DNA of 64,000 nucleotides, taken from the NCBI GenBank assembly GCA_031409275.1, contig JANNXA010000037.1:1-64000 (forward strand), in the 5' to 3' direction. The notes under the pieces were generated by a model. That model did no database searches, was not told the origin of the DNA, and saw nothing but the letters and a program-made list of their open reading frames with translations. The position numbers were made by a program, and so were the translations under genes. Source of the DNA: Planctomycetota bacterium. Its GTDB lineage: Bacteria > Planctomycetota > B15-G4 > SIAN01. Positions 48,222 to 57,778 of this stretch are shown one piece after another; within the stretch, counting starts at the first letter, position 1; every line of letters starts with the position of its first letter.

Positions 48222-49406
48222 ATGATCGCTGCTTCGCTCCTCGCCGCCACGCTCATCGGTTCCTGCGCATTCGCGCGGCAGCAAGGGGACGCCTCCCCGC
48301 GACCGTTCGCCGAGCAGCTCTCGGCCGCGACGACCCGCTTTCAGCAGGCGCTCGCGAGTCACCCCGAGGCACGCGAGAAGCTCGTGTCCGCCTATGCCGA
48401 GCAGTTGCTGGCGCTGGCGGCGAGTGCCCCGGCGACGCAGCAGGGCCTCGAGGCGTGCGTGAGCGTGCTGATGCTCGAGCCGGGCCAGCCGATGGCGGCT
48501 CGCGCCATCGAAGCGATCGTCCACAGCGGCGCAGAACCGAAGCTGCTGGTGGCGCTGGCGCAGTCGTTGATGCGCGGGGCTGCGAGCTTCTCTCACGAAG
48601 CTCTGCTCGACGCGTTGGTGACGACGGTCGATCAGCGTGAGGTGCAGGGGTACGCGGCCTACGCGCTCGGCCACCTGCGGCTCGACTTCGCTGACGATGT
48701 CGCCTACTTCACCGACGCGCGCGTCGCCGAGTCGGCTCGTTCCGCCTACGCGCAGAAGCGCGGCGCGGCGCTGCTTGCCGCGAACGTCGCGCGCGGAGTT
48801 CCAGCTCTACGCGAGGCCGGACTCGCGTCGCTGCGGCGCGTCGTCGACGACTTCTACTTCGCGGAACACCGCAAGGCGGGCTACTTGGGCGCCGTCGCCG
48901 ACGCCGAGCTCTTCGAGTTCGAACATCTGCAGGTCGGCATGGTGGCTCCCGAGATCGACGGCGCGGACGAGGACGGCGTGCCGTTCAAGCTTTCCGACTA
49001 CCGCGGGAAGGTGGTCGCGCTCGACTTCTGGGGCTTCTGGTGCCCGATCTGCCGCCACAACCTTTCGGGCGAGCGGTTGATGGTCGATCGCTTGAAGGAC
49101 GCGCCCTTCGCGCTGGTCGGCATCAACAGCGATCCGAAGACGCAGCTCGAAGTCGAACTCAAGCATGACCGCCTCTCGTGGCGATCCTTCTTCGACGGCG
49201 GCGATGCCTACGGACCGATTGCGACGCGCTGGAACGTCTCGACGTGGCCGACCATGTTTGTGCTCGACGAGGCGGGCGTGATCCAGCTCAAGTCCGAGGA
49301 CCTCGACGAGGTCGAGAGGATGGTCGACACGTTGCTTGCGCGCAGCACGTCGAAGCCCGCGGCGGGCGGGGCCGGCGCTCCTGCCGTCTCGGCGGCGGGC
49401 CGCTGA
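48222..49406 (+). CDS. TlpA/redoxin-family thiol-disulfide protein with helical N-terminal domain
   Basis: APEIDG.D.DG..FKLSDYRGKVVALDFWGFWCPIC; WNV..WPT; signal peptide. Confidence 0.88.
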   Translation: MIAASLLAATLIGSCAFARQQGDASPRPFAEQLSAATTRFQQALASHPEAREKLVSAYAEQLLALAASAPATQQGLEACVSVLMLEPGQPMAARAIEAIVHSGAEPKLLVALAQSLMRGAASFSHEALLDALVTTVDQREVQGYAAYALGHLRLDFADDVAYFTDARVAESARSAYAQKRGAALLAANVARGVPALREAGLASLRRVVDDFYFAEHRKAGYLGAVADAELFEFEHLQVGMVAPEIDGADEDGVPFKLSDYRGKVVALDFWGFWCPICRHNLSGERLMVDRLKDAPFALVGINSDPKTQLEVELKHDRLSWRSFFDGGDAYGPIATRWNVSTWPTMFVLDEAGVIQLKSEDLDEVERMVDTLLARSTSKPAAGGAGAPAVSAAGR

Positions 49407-49449
49407 ATCGAGTTCGTCGACCCACACGCCGCTGCCAAGGGCTGATCCC

Positions 49450-50616
49450 GTGAGAACGTCGAAGTCGATCTCGGTCGTGGCCTGCGTGCCGCTCTTGTTT
49501 GCGATCGCTCGCGGCATGAATCAGGAAGCGCCCGTCGCGCCCGCGACGCCGGCGAGCGCGCCGGTCGCTGCGGACGACGCGGCGGCGAGGCGCGCGCAGC
49601 GACTGGCAGGCGACCGCGCTCGCTGCGAGGCGCAGATCGAGGCCATGGCGCGCTTCGGCCAGGTCGAAGGCTACAGCGCCGCGATCCGTCGATTGCTCGG
49701 CACGGTGACCGAGCGTTTCGCCGACGTCGGCGATGGCGTCTTCACCGACATCGCGCTCAAGAACTGGCTGGACTGGAACGAGAGCCGCCCCGGTGGCCCG
49801 GTACTGCCGGTCCTCGATCGCGACAACGCCACCCACCCGTTCACCGCGATCGTCGACCTGAACCGACAACTGCGAGGTCAGGGCATCGACTTCCTGCTGG
49901 TGGCCTTCCCGACGCGTCCTTCGCTCTATCCCGAACTGGCGATGGAGATGGCGACCATGGAGGGCTTTGCCGGCTTCTGCCCGGCGACGCCCCATTTCGC
50001 GAGGGCGCTGATCGACGAAGGGGTCGAAGTCCTCGATCTCACGCAGGAGTTCGTCGCGCAGCGCTACGGCGCCGGCGCGGATCGGCACGACCAGCTCTTC
50101 CTGCGTTACAACCAGCACTGGACCCCACGCGGCGCCGAGCTCGCCGCGGGCCTGGTCGCGGAACGACTCCGGCAGTACCCGTGGTTCACGCCTGGCCCGG
50201 CACGAGAGGGCGTCGACTGGATCGCCACGCAGAAGGACGTCGACGTCAAGATCCAATGGGGCGGCACTCCGGAAGGCGCCAAGCCGGAGCGGCTCCATTG
50301 CACGCAGGTCACGAAACCGAAGGGCCCGCGTCTCGACTCGGTGCGGCCGTCGAGTCCGATCACGCTGCTCTCGGGGAGCTTCGCGGACTTCCACAACTCT
50401 TCGGATTGCGACTTCACGGCGCAGCTCTACCGCTTCAGCGGCTGGTCGATCGACAAGATCAATCCGAAGGGCGGCGTCGAAGACGCCTGCCGCGAAGCGT
50501 TGGCGAAGAAGTCGGCGGCCGAATGGAAGAAGAAGAAGATCGTGGTGTGGATGCTGCCCGAGTCGGCATTCCGCGTCGGTCCGGTGTGGCGTCGAATCGC
50601 CGTCGTCGGGGAGTGA
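49450..50616 (+). CDS. AlgX/AlgJ-like SGNH O-acetyltransferase domain protein
   Basis: FLLVAFP.R..LYPE, FLRYNQHWTPRGAELAA, LLSGSF, KIVVW. Confidence 0.7.
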   Translation: MRTSKSISVVACVPLLFAIARGMNQEAPVAPATPASAPVAADDAAARRAQRLAGDRARCEAQIEAMARFGQVEGYSAAIRRLLGTVTERFADVGDGVFTDIALKNWLDWNESRPGGPVLPVLDRDNATHPFTAIVDLNRQLRGQGIDFLLVAFPTRPSLYPELAMEMATMEGFAGFCPATPHFARALIDEGVEVLDLTQEFVAQRYGAGADRHDQLFLRYNQHWTPRGAELAAGLVAERLRQYPWFTPGPAREGVDWIATQKDVDVKIQWGGTPEGAKPERLHCTQVTKPKGPRLDSVRPSSPITLLSGSFADFHNSSDCDFTAQLYRFSGWSIDKINPKGGVEDACREALAKKSAAEWKKKKIVVWMLPESAFRVGPVWRRIAVVGE

Positions 50617-50620
50617 GCTG

Positions 50621-51793
50621 GTGAGCGCGCGTTCTCGACTCGGAGCCGGGATCGTCGTTGCATGCGCCTCCGCCGCGATCGTCGCGCAGACGGTCCCGCC
50701 CGCGCCGACGTCGACGGTCGTGCCGCGCACGGAACGCCTCTCGATGCAGCGCGCGGCGCTCGAGGAGTCGTTGGCGCGCGTCGTCGCCTTCGGTCATCGC
50801 GACGAGTTCGCCGCCGGGTTGCGGGCCTTGCAGGCGCGCAAGCCGGAGGCGGGCCCTGCCGACGCCGAACCCTCCAAAGAGGGCGATGAATGGCGTCTGG
50901 TGGCGCGTGGCTGGCTGCCGCGCATGGCCATCGACCACTGGCTCGAGTGGCATCTGCCGGCGCCTGGCCAGACCGACGCGCGCGCCGTCGATTTCTCGCT
51001 TTCAGGTCATCCGTTCCAGGTGATCGTCGATGTCGAGCGGCAGTTGCGCGCGCACGAGATCGAGTTCGTCCTCGTCCTCTTTCCGAGCCGTCTCCAGCTC
51101 TATCCGGAGCTCGTCGACGCGTCGCTTGCGCCGCCCGCCGACCCCGCTTTCGGTGGCATGGTCGGCGCCACCACCGAGTTCCTGCTCGCGTTGAATGGAG
51201 CCGGAGTCGAGACGCTCGACCTCGCGCCGGCGTTCGCGTCGGCGCGCGCCGACGGCGGTCCCGAGGTCGGCGAGATCTACCTGCAGCGCAACAAGCACTG
51301 GACGCCACGCGCGGCCGAGCTCGCCGCCAGCCTCGTGGCGCAGCGCCTGCAGACGCAGTCGTGGTACGCGCCGGGGTCGGCGTCCGAGGGCAAGGCGTTC
51401 CAGACGCTGCGCCGGGTCGTCGACATCGGCGGCGCCGCCGGCGGTCAAGCGCCCGACACGACGCCCGAGAAGCTGGCGTTGAACCAGGTGCGTCAGCTCG
51501 GCGCGCGCGTCAATCCCGCCGACGTGCGGCGCAGCCCGATCGTCCTGCTCGGCGACAGCTTCGCGAAGTTCTATGCCGATCTCGGCGGCGGCTTTGCCGA
51601 CCAGTTGCGTCGCTTCACGGGTCACCCGATCGACGCGCTCACGCCGATGGGGGGCGGTGAACTGCAGTGCCGCCAGCAACTCGCCCGTCGCGGCGACGGC
51701 CTGCGCGGCAAGAAGGTCGTCGTCTGGTTGCTGCAGGAAGACAACCTGCTGCCGAGCGCGCAGTGGAAGACGGTCGACCTGTTCGAGGAGTGA
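50621..51793 (+). CDS. AlgX/AlgJ-like SGNH O-acetyltransferase domain protein
   Basis: FVLVLFP.R..LYPE, YLQRNKHWTPRAAELAA, LLGDSF, KKVVVW. Confidence 0.72.
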   Translation: MSARSRLGAGIVVACASAAIVAQTVPPAPTSTVVPRTERLSMQRAALEESLARVVAFGHRDEFAAGLRALQARKPEAGPADAEPSKEGDEWRLVARGWLPRMAIDHWLEWHLPAPGQTDARAVDFSLSGHPFQVIVDVERQLRAHEIEFVLVLFPSRLQLYPELVDASLAPPADPAFGGMVGATTEFLLALNGAGVETLDLAPAFASARADGGPEVGEIYLQRNKHWTPRAAELAASLVAQRLQTQSWYAPGSASEGKAFQTLRRVVDIGGAAGGQAPDTTPEKLALNQVRQLGARVNPADVRRSPIVLLGDSFAKFYADLGGGFADQLRRFTGHPIDALTPMGGGELQCRQQLARRGDGLRGKKVVVWLLQEDNLLPSAQWKTVDLFEE

Positions 51794-51820
51794 GCCGCGG
51801 CCCCGCGCGCGGCGCGCCGC

Positions 51821-52540
51821 TCACCGCAGCAGGAAGCTCAGATCGGCACCGATCGCGTGTTCGGTCGGCGGTTCGCCGCGGCGGAATAGGCGCACGCTGC
51901 CGAACCCTCGCAGCGCCATGCGATCGCCATCGACCTCGAGCCAGCCGCCCTCGCGGAGGCCGACGACCGGCGCGTCGTTCATCTCGTGGAACTCGCGGAT
52001 CCGCGTCTCACGCGTCTCGCCCATGTGCTTGCTCGACGGATCGGGATCGAGGTAGTGGGGGTTCAAGTTGAAGGGGACCAGGGCGAGCGCGTCGAAGCTC
52101 GGCGGCTGGACGATCGGCATGTCGTTGGTGGTCTTGAGCGACAGGCAGGCGACGTTGCTGCCGGCCGACGCGCCGAGGTAGGGCATGCCCGCCGCGACGC
52201 GTGCGCGGATCGGGGCGAGGAGCTGCTGCCGCTGCAGCGCATCGAGCAGGCGGAACGTATTGCCGCCGCCGATGAACATCGATTCGGCCGCCGCCACCGC
52301 GGCGACCGGATCCGCCGCCTCATGCAGCGAATCGACGCGGACGCCGACCTTCGCGAAGCGCTCGCGCGCCTTCGCGGCGTAGGCGCCCCGATCGTGGAGC
52401 GCGTAGGGGACGAAGAGCAGCGACCTCGCGCCGCGCAGATGGCGCTCGATCGCGTCGATGGCGTGGTCGAGATAGCCACGCTCGGGCTGCGTCGAGTTGG
52501 AGAGGAGCATCACGCGACGAAGCGGGGCAACAGGCGTCAT
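51821..52540 (-). CDS. pepE: Dipeptidase E
   Basis: LLSNST, FIGGGNTF, GASAGSN, TTNDMPI, NPHY, HMGETRETRI.EF. Confidence 0.95.
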   Translation of the reverse strand: MTPVAPLRRVMLLSNSTQPERGYLDHAIDAIERHLRGARSLLFVPYALHDRGAYAAKARERFAKVGVRVDSLHEAADPVAAVAAAESMFIGGGNTFRLLDALQRQQLLAPIRARVAAGMPYLGASAGSNVACLSLKTTNDMPIVQPPSFDALALVPFNLNPHYLDPDPSSKHMGETRETRIREFHEMNDAPVVGLREGGWLEVDGDRMALRGFGSVRLFRRGEPPTEHAIGADLSFLLR

Positions 52541-52625
52541 CGGAACGGTCTCGCGAAGGGGCCTTCGAGCGGGAAGGAGCCTAACGCGGAGCGCGGAGCG
52601 CCGCTCGCTGCTAGCTTCCTGCGCC

Positions 52626-54029
52626 ATGCCTCGCAGTCGCGTCGCCCTCTGTCTGCTCGCCTATCTCGCGCTGCGCCTCTGGCTGGCGACGACGCCCGGG
52701 TACCCGCCCGATGTCGGGCAGTTCAAGTTGTGGGCGCTGCAGTCGCAGCAGGATGGGCTCGCCTCGCTCTATGCGGGCGGCGCGGACCACGACTTCTCGC
52801 GCTACGACTACCCGCCGCTCTACGCCTACGTGCTGCGCACGATCGGCTGGATCTACTCGTGGTTCGAGCCCGACGCGCTGCGCCGCGCCGCCGACTCGAC
52901 GCTGCTCACCGTCTTGGTCAAGTTGCCGGCTCTGCTCGCTGACCTGGCGATCGCCTTGCTGCTCGCCTGGATCGTGCGAGCCACGGCACGAGCGCCGTCG
53001 GCGCGCCGCGTTGCGCTGCCGATCGTGGCAGCGTGGCTGCTGAACCCCGCGGTGCTGCTCGACAGCGGCCACTGGGGGCAGCCCGATTCGATCCACAGCG
53101 GATTCGTGCTGGCCGCGTTCGCTTGCGTCGGCGGCGTGCTCGGTCCATCGCGCGGCTCCTTCGCCAGCATCGTCGGCGGTTGGTGCCTGCTCGCGCTGGC
53201 GACGCTCATGAAGCCGCTCGGCGCTCCGTTCTTTCCGCTGCTGCTTGCCGCGTCGCTGCTGGTCGGCGGTCTGAGACGGACGCTGGCCGGCGGGCTCGCG
53301 GCGCTGGCGACCGCTGCACTCCTGTTCGCGCCGTTCGTTGCGACGTTCGGCGTGCGCGAGGTCGCGGAGCGCATCCTCGGCGACGTCACGATCATGTCGT
53401 TCACGTCGGTCAACGCTCACAACGTCTGGTGGCTGGTCGGTCCCTGGCAGCCGAGCGAGCGGCCGTGGCTAGGCACGGTGACCGCGACCGAGGTCGGCCT
53501 CGCGCTCTTCCTCTGCGCGTTGGCGGCGCTGATCGTGCTGCTGGTGCGACGCCATCGAGCGCGTCGCGCAGGCATCCATGGCGCGCAGTTGCTCTGCATC
53601 GCTGCGTTGCTCGCGGCCGCGTTCTTCCTGCTGTCGACCCACATGCACGAGAACCACCTCTTCGCCGCGCTGCCGCTGCTGCTGGGCGCGCTGGCGGCGG
53701 CGCCGCCGGGCAATGGCGCACGCCGATCGGTGCGCTGGATCGCGGCGCTGCTCGCGTTCGGGATCGCTTGGAACCTCGCGGCGCACGACTTCGTGTGGCG
53801 CCACCGGTGGCCCTTCTCGATCGGGCCGATCGAAGGAGAACTGCCCGCGGGCTCGGATGGCGCGATGCACGGCGGTGAGCGGCTCGCCGGGACGCTTGGC
53901 GCCTGGTGGAACCTGCTCGCGGGCGTGGCGCTGACCGCATTCGTCTTCGGCGCCGGCCTGATGAGGCTGGCGTGGAGCAGCGCGCGGCCCGGCGTCGAGG
54001 CGAACGACTCGGCCGACTTCGCCGACTGA
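52626..54029 (+). CDS. GT-C fold integral membrane glycosyltransferase (mannosyltransferase-like)
   Basis: DYPPLY, KLPALLADL, LNPAVLLDS..WGQ.DS, MKP, SVNAHNVW, THMHENHL. Confidence 0.78.
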   Translation: MPRSRVALCLLAYLALRLWLATTPGYPPDVGQFKLWALQSQQDGLASLYAGGADHDFSRYDYPPLYAYVLRTIGWIYSWFEPDALRRAADSTLLTVLVKLPALLADLAIALLLAWIVRATARAPSARRVALPIVAAWLLNPAVLLDSGHWGQPDSIHSGFVLAAFACVGGVLGPSRGSFASIVGGWCLLALATLMKPLGAPFFPLLLAASLLVGGLRRTLAGGLAALATAALLFAPFVATFGVREVAERILGDVTIMSFTSVNAHNVWWLVGPWQPSERPWLGTVTATEVGLALFLCALAALIVLLVRRHRARRAGIHGAQLLCIAALLAAAFFLLSTHMHENHLFAALPLLLGALAAAPPGNGARRSVRWIAALLAFGIAWNLAAHDFVWRHRWPFSIGPIEGELPAGSDGAMHGGERLAGTLGAWWNLLAGVALTAFVFGAGLMRLAWSSARPGVEANDSADFAD

Positions 54030-54082
54030 ACAGGATCGCGCGACCGGGGTCGAATCCGGGAGCTGTCGGTCCGCGTCACCGA

Positions 54083-54116
54083 GCCATCGACCGCCTCAGC
54101 AGGCGCGGTCGATGGC
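54083..54116. terminator. 12-bp stem-loop between convergent genes (possible terminator)
   Basis: GCCATCGACCGC ... GCGGTCGATGGC; no U-tract. Confidence 0.4.
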
Positions 54117-54137
54117 ATCGGGTCGCGACCGGCGCGC

Positions 54138-55439
54138 TCAGCTGAACTTGGTCACGCCCGGAATCGCGACGACGGGCGCCGGTGGGACGGTGTCGAGCGT
54201 CAGCGTCGCGAGGTCGGGGCCGAGCTGTTCCTGGCTGTTGAGCGCGGCCTCGTAGGTGACTTCGCTGCCGGTGTAGGCGGCCATGCGGCCCATGATCGCC
54301 ATCAGCGTCGAATCGCACATGTACTGGCCGTTGTTGATGATCTCGCCCTTGCGCAGCTTGGCGAACAACACGTCGTGCTCGTTCTGGTACATGTCGTCGG
54401 GCGTGCCGTCGTCGCGCCAGCGCCAGGCGTTCTCGCCCCAGATCTGGTGGCCCTGGATGTTCGCCTTGCCCTTGCTGCCGAAGAGGTAGTCGGAGACGTC
54501 GGTCGACGGCGCGCCGGCCCACTGGCGGCACGAGCTGAACAGACGCAGACCGCTCTTCCACTCGAAGACGGTGTTGAAGTGGTCGTAGACGTCGCCGTAC
54601 TTCGGGTCGATGCGATTGGCGCGCCCGCCGCTGGCGACGCACTTCACCGGGTATTCGTCCTTCATCGCCCACGCGATCTTGTCGAGGCTGTGGATGTGCT
54701 GCTCGGCGAGGTGGTCGGCCGACAGCCAGGTGAAATAGAGCCAGTTGCGCAGCTGGTACTCCATCTCCGTCCAGTTCGGCTGGCGGCCGCGATGCCACAG
54801 TCCACCCGTGTTGTAGGTGCACTGCATCGCATGGATTTCGCCGAGCGCGCCGTCCTGGATGCGGGCGATCGTCTGCTGCTTCTTCTTCTCGTAGCGGTAG
54901 CACAACCCGCTGACGAGCATCAGGTTCTTCGCCTTCGCCATGCGGCACGATTCGAGGACCGATCGCAGTCCCGGTCCGTCGACGGCGACCGGCTTCTCGA
55001 CGAAGGTGTGTTTGCCCGCCTCGATGCACGCGCGCAGGTGCAACGGCCGGAACGCCGGCGTCGTGCAGAGCAGCACGACGTCGCAGGCGGCGATGACGCT
55101 CTTGTAGGCATCGAGGCCGACGAAGACGTGGTCGGGCGCGACCTTCACTTGCGAGCCCTGCTCGCTCGCTTGCAGCGACTTCAACGCGTTCTCGGCGTGG
55201 TCGCGAAAGACGTCGCCGATCGCGACGAGCTCGACGTTGGGATCGGCCGCCAGCGCGTTGGCCGCGGCGCCGGAGCCGCGACCACCGCAGCCAAGCAGGC
55301 CGACCTTGATGGTGCTGCTGCCTTGCGAATGGACCGCGAAGCCTGGCCACGAGCCGGCGACCGGCGCGAGCGCGAGACCGCCGAGCGCGGCTCCCGACGT
55401 CTTCAGGAAGTCACGGCGGGTCGGCGAATGGGTCGACAT
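54138..55439 (-). CDS. Tat-exported Gfo/Idh/MocA oxidoreductase
   Basis: TRRDFLK signal; GCGGRGSGA; EKPVAVD; EQHIHSLD. Confidence 0.92.
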   Translation of the reverse strand: MSTHSPTRRDFLKTSGAALGGLALAPVAGSWPGFAVHSQGSSTIKVGLLGCGGRGSGAAANALAADPNVELVAIGDVFRDHAENALKSLQASEQGSQVKVAPDHVFVGLDAYKSVIAACDVVLLCTTPAFRPLHLRACIEAGKHTFVEKPVAVDGPGLRSVLESCRMAKAKNLMLVSGLCYRYEKKKQQTIARIQDGALGEIHAMQCTYNTGGLWHRGRQPNWTEMEYQLRNWLYFTWLSADHLAEQHIHSLDKIAWAMKDEYPVKCVASGGRANRIDPKYGDVYDHFNTVFEWKSGLRLFSSCRQWAGAPSTDVSDYLFGSKGKANIQGHQIWGENAWRWRDDGTPDDMYQNEHDVLFAKLRKGEIINNGQYMCDSTLMAIMGRMAAYTGSEVTYEAALNSQEQLGPDLATLTLDTVPPAPVVAIPGVTKFS

Positions 55440-56490
55440 CGTCCTCTCCTCTAGCTTCCACGGGGAGTGGCATCATCGGTGGCCAGCCGGGCGACGCGCA
55501 AGCACGCACTGCCCCTTCTTCCAGCGTCAGCAGTCGGGACGCCGCGCCAAGAACTCGACCGACGATCGCCGCGGCCCGCTCCGGCCCGGCGACCCCGCAG
55601 GCGGTGGCGAGCGCGTCGGCGGTCGCGCCATCGCGCGCAACGACAGTCGCCAGTCCGCGGCGAGTCAGCCCGAGCCCGGCCTTCGGATCGATCACGTGGC
55701 TGCGCCGTTCGCCTGCGACTTCGCTCCAACGGAACCGGTCTCCCGACGTTGCCAGGGCGGCGTTGGCGAGCTGCAGGGTCAGTCGCGGCGACGGAGCCGG
55801 CGCCGCGTCGTCGTCGGAGAAGTCGGAGAGCTCGATGCGCCAGCCATCGCGATCCGGCGGCGGATCGCCGGCGCGCAGGTCGCCACCGCCGACGAGCAGC
55901 GCGCGGGGAAATCCACGCTCCGTGACGACGGCGAGCGCCTGATCGAGGGCGTCGCCCTTCGCGATGGCACCGAGGTCGAGCGCCATTCCGGCCACCGCGA
56001 AGGTGAGCGTGCGCGCGTCGCGATCGACCGTGAGGAGCTCGAACCCCGTCGCTGCCCGCGCCCGCGCGAGCGCCGCGGCGTCGGGCTCGACCCCTTGGCG
56101 GTGCGCCCGTCGCCAAAGTTGCACGAGCGGGCCGACGGTGATGTCGAAGGCGCCCTCGCTGACCGCCGACAGCTCCTGTGCTCGCGCCGCGACCCGCGCG
56201 AGGTCGGGTCCGATCGCGATCGGGGTGCCCGGTGCGGCGTTCGCGGCGCGGCCGACGCGGGACAGTTCGCTGTCGCTCTGCCAGTCGGAAAGGAGTCGCT
56301 CCAGTTCGTCGACCCGGGCGAACGCGGCGTCCGCGGCCGCCTGCGCATGGGCGGCGTCGTCGGCGTAGAGCAGCAGGCGGAAGCGCGTCCCCATCGCCGG
56401 GTGGTCGAAGGTGAAACGCTCGAGCGGCGCGCTGCAGCCGGCGAGCGAGACGCTCGCGATCAGCAGGAGTTGGAGGAGAGCGGCCTTCAT
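55411..56490 (-). CDS. apbE: FAD:protein FMN transferase (ApbE), lipoprotein
   Basis: Lipobox LAGC; AMGT, GAFDITVGPL, DLGAIAKG, GGD, ATSG, HVIDP, ADALATA. Confidence 0.92.
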   Translation of the reverse strand: MKAALLQLLLIASVSLAGCSAPLERFTFDHPAMGTRFRLLLYADDAAHAQAAADAAFARVDELERLLSDWQSDSELSRVGRAANAAPGTPIAIGPDLARVAARAQELSAVSEGAFDITVGPLVQLWRRAHRQGVEPDAAALARARAATGFELLTVDRDARTLTFAVAGMALDLGAIAKGDALDQALAVVTERGFPRALLVGGGDLRAGDPPPDRDGWRIELSDFSDDDAAPAPSPRLTLQLANAALATSGDRFRWSEVAGERRSHVIDPKAGLGLTRRGLATVVARDGATADALATACGVAGPERAAAIVGRVLGAASRLLTLEEGAVRACASPGWPPMMPLPVEARGEDDVDPFADPP

Positions 56491-56592
56491 CAGTTTGCGG
56501 CGCGGGAGTATAGGTGGCGCCTCGCGGCGCGCTCGGTGCCGACTTCCAGGACGCGGCGAGGACGCGGCAAGGTCGCGGAGAGCGAAGTGGCG

Positions 56593-57738
56593 ATGACGAC
56601 GCGCACGGCACGAAGTCGACCAGCGATCGCGGCCGGCGCATGCGCCACGCTCTTCGTCTCGATCGCGGCCGTGACCGCGCAGGAGCGCATCTCCGTCTAT
56701 CCCGAGATGCCGCCCGGCCGTCCGCCGCTCGAAGCCAATCCCGATGCGCTCGCAACGGACGCGGCATCGATGAAGCCCTACCGCGAGATGATCCCGGGCA
56801 GCACCATTGGCTTCGAGCTCGTGCCGATCCCCGCTGGTCGCTTCGTGATGGGCAGCCCGGAAACAGAGGCCGACCGCAAGTCGGACGAGGGGCCGGCGCA
56901 CGCGGTGGCGATCGATCCATTCTGGATCGGTCGCTGCGAGGTGACGTGGGACGAGTACCTGCAGTTCATGTCGAAGCTCGACCTGCAGGCGCGCGGCGGC
57001 GGCGAGAAGAAGCAGCCCGGCGACGACTGGGCCGATGCGGTCAGCCGACCGACGCCGCCCTACGTGCCGATGGACTTCGGCTACGGCGTGAAGGGCTTTC
57101 CGGCGATCTGCATGACGCAGTTCGCGGCGCGCCACTACACGAAGTGGCTCAGCATGAAGACCGGCCGCTTCTTCCGCCTGCCGACCGAAGCGGAGTGGGA
57201 GTACTGCTGCCGCGCCGGAACCACCACCACCTGGTCGTTCGGCGACGACGTCAAGCAACTCGGCGACCACGCCTGGTACTTCGAGAACAGCGACGCGGCG
57301 CCCCGTCCGGTGGCGCAGAAGAAGGCCAATCCGTGGGGCCTCTTCGATATGCACGGCAACGTCGCCGAGTGGACGCTGGACGCCTTCGATGCCGGCTACT
57401 ACGCGAAGTCGGCAGGCGAAGCGGCCGCCGACGGCGCAGTCGCCGGGCCGGTGAACTGGCCTCAGGCCGAGTACCCGCACGTGGCGCGCGGCGGCTCGTG
57501 GGATGACGATGCCGATCGGCTGCGCAGCGCGGCTCGCCGCGCGTCGAGCAAGGCGTGGAAGGTGCAGGACCCGCAGCTCCCGAAGAGCATCTGGTACTTC
57601 ACCGACGCGCGCTTCGTCGGCTTTCGCATCGTGCGTCCCTTGCGCGACCCGACGCCGGAAGAGCAGCAGAAGTGGTGGGAGCCCGGAGTCGCGCAGATCG
57701 CCGAGATCCTCGATCGCCAGCGCCACGGTGGCCGCTGA
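56593..57738 (+). CDS. FGE-sulfatase (SUMF1-like) domain protein lacking catalytic Cys
   Basis: F.MGS, EVTW.EY, RLPTEAEWEY..RAG, NPWGLFDMHGNVAEW, RGGSW, GFR. Confidence 0.88.
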   Translation: MTTRTARSRPAIAAGACATLFVSIAAVTAQERISVYPEMPPGRPPLEANPDALATDAASMKPYREMIPGSTIGFELVPIPAGRFVMGSPETEADRKSDEGPAHAVAIDPFWIGRCEVTWDEYLQFMSKLDLQARGGGEKKQPGDDWADAVSRPTPPYVPMDFGYGVKGFPAICMTQFAARHYTKWLSMKTGRFFRLPTEAEWEYCCRAGTTTTWSFGDDVKQLGDHAWYFENSDAAPRPVAQKKANPWGLFDMHGNVAEWTLDAFDAGYYAKSAGEAAADGAVAGPVNWPQAEYPHVARGGSWDDDADRLRSAARRASSKAWKVQDPQLPKSIWYFTDARFVGFRIVRPLRDPTPEEQQKWWEPGVAQIAEILDRQRHGGR

Positions 57739-57778
57739 CGCCATGAACGGCCCAGTTGAACGGCCCATCGGAGCAGCC

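Noticed and set aside
48222..49406. Second selenoprotein (TlpA-like)
   Set aside because: Active site is TGC-encoded WCPIC with no in-frame TGA
56593..57738. Formylglycine-generating enzyme maturing the six sulfatase-like proteins
   Set aside because: The catalytic Cys pair after RGGS is absent and the putative substrates have Thr, not Cys/Ser
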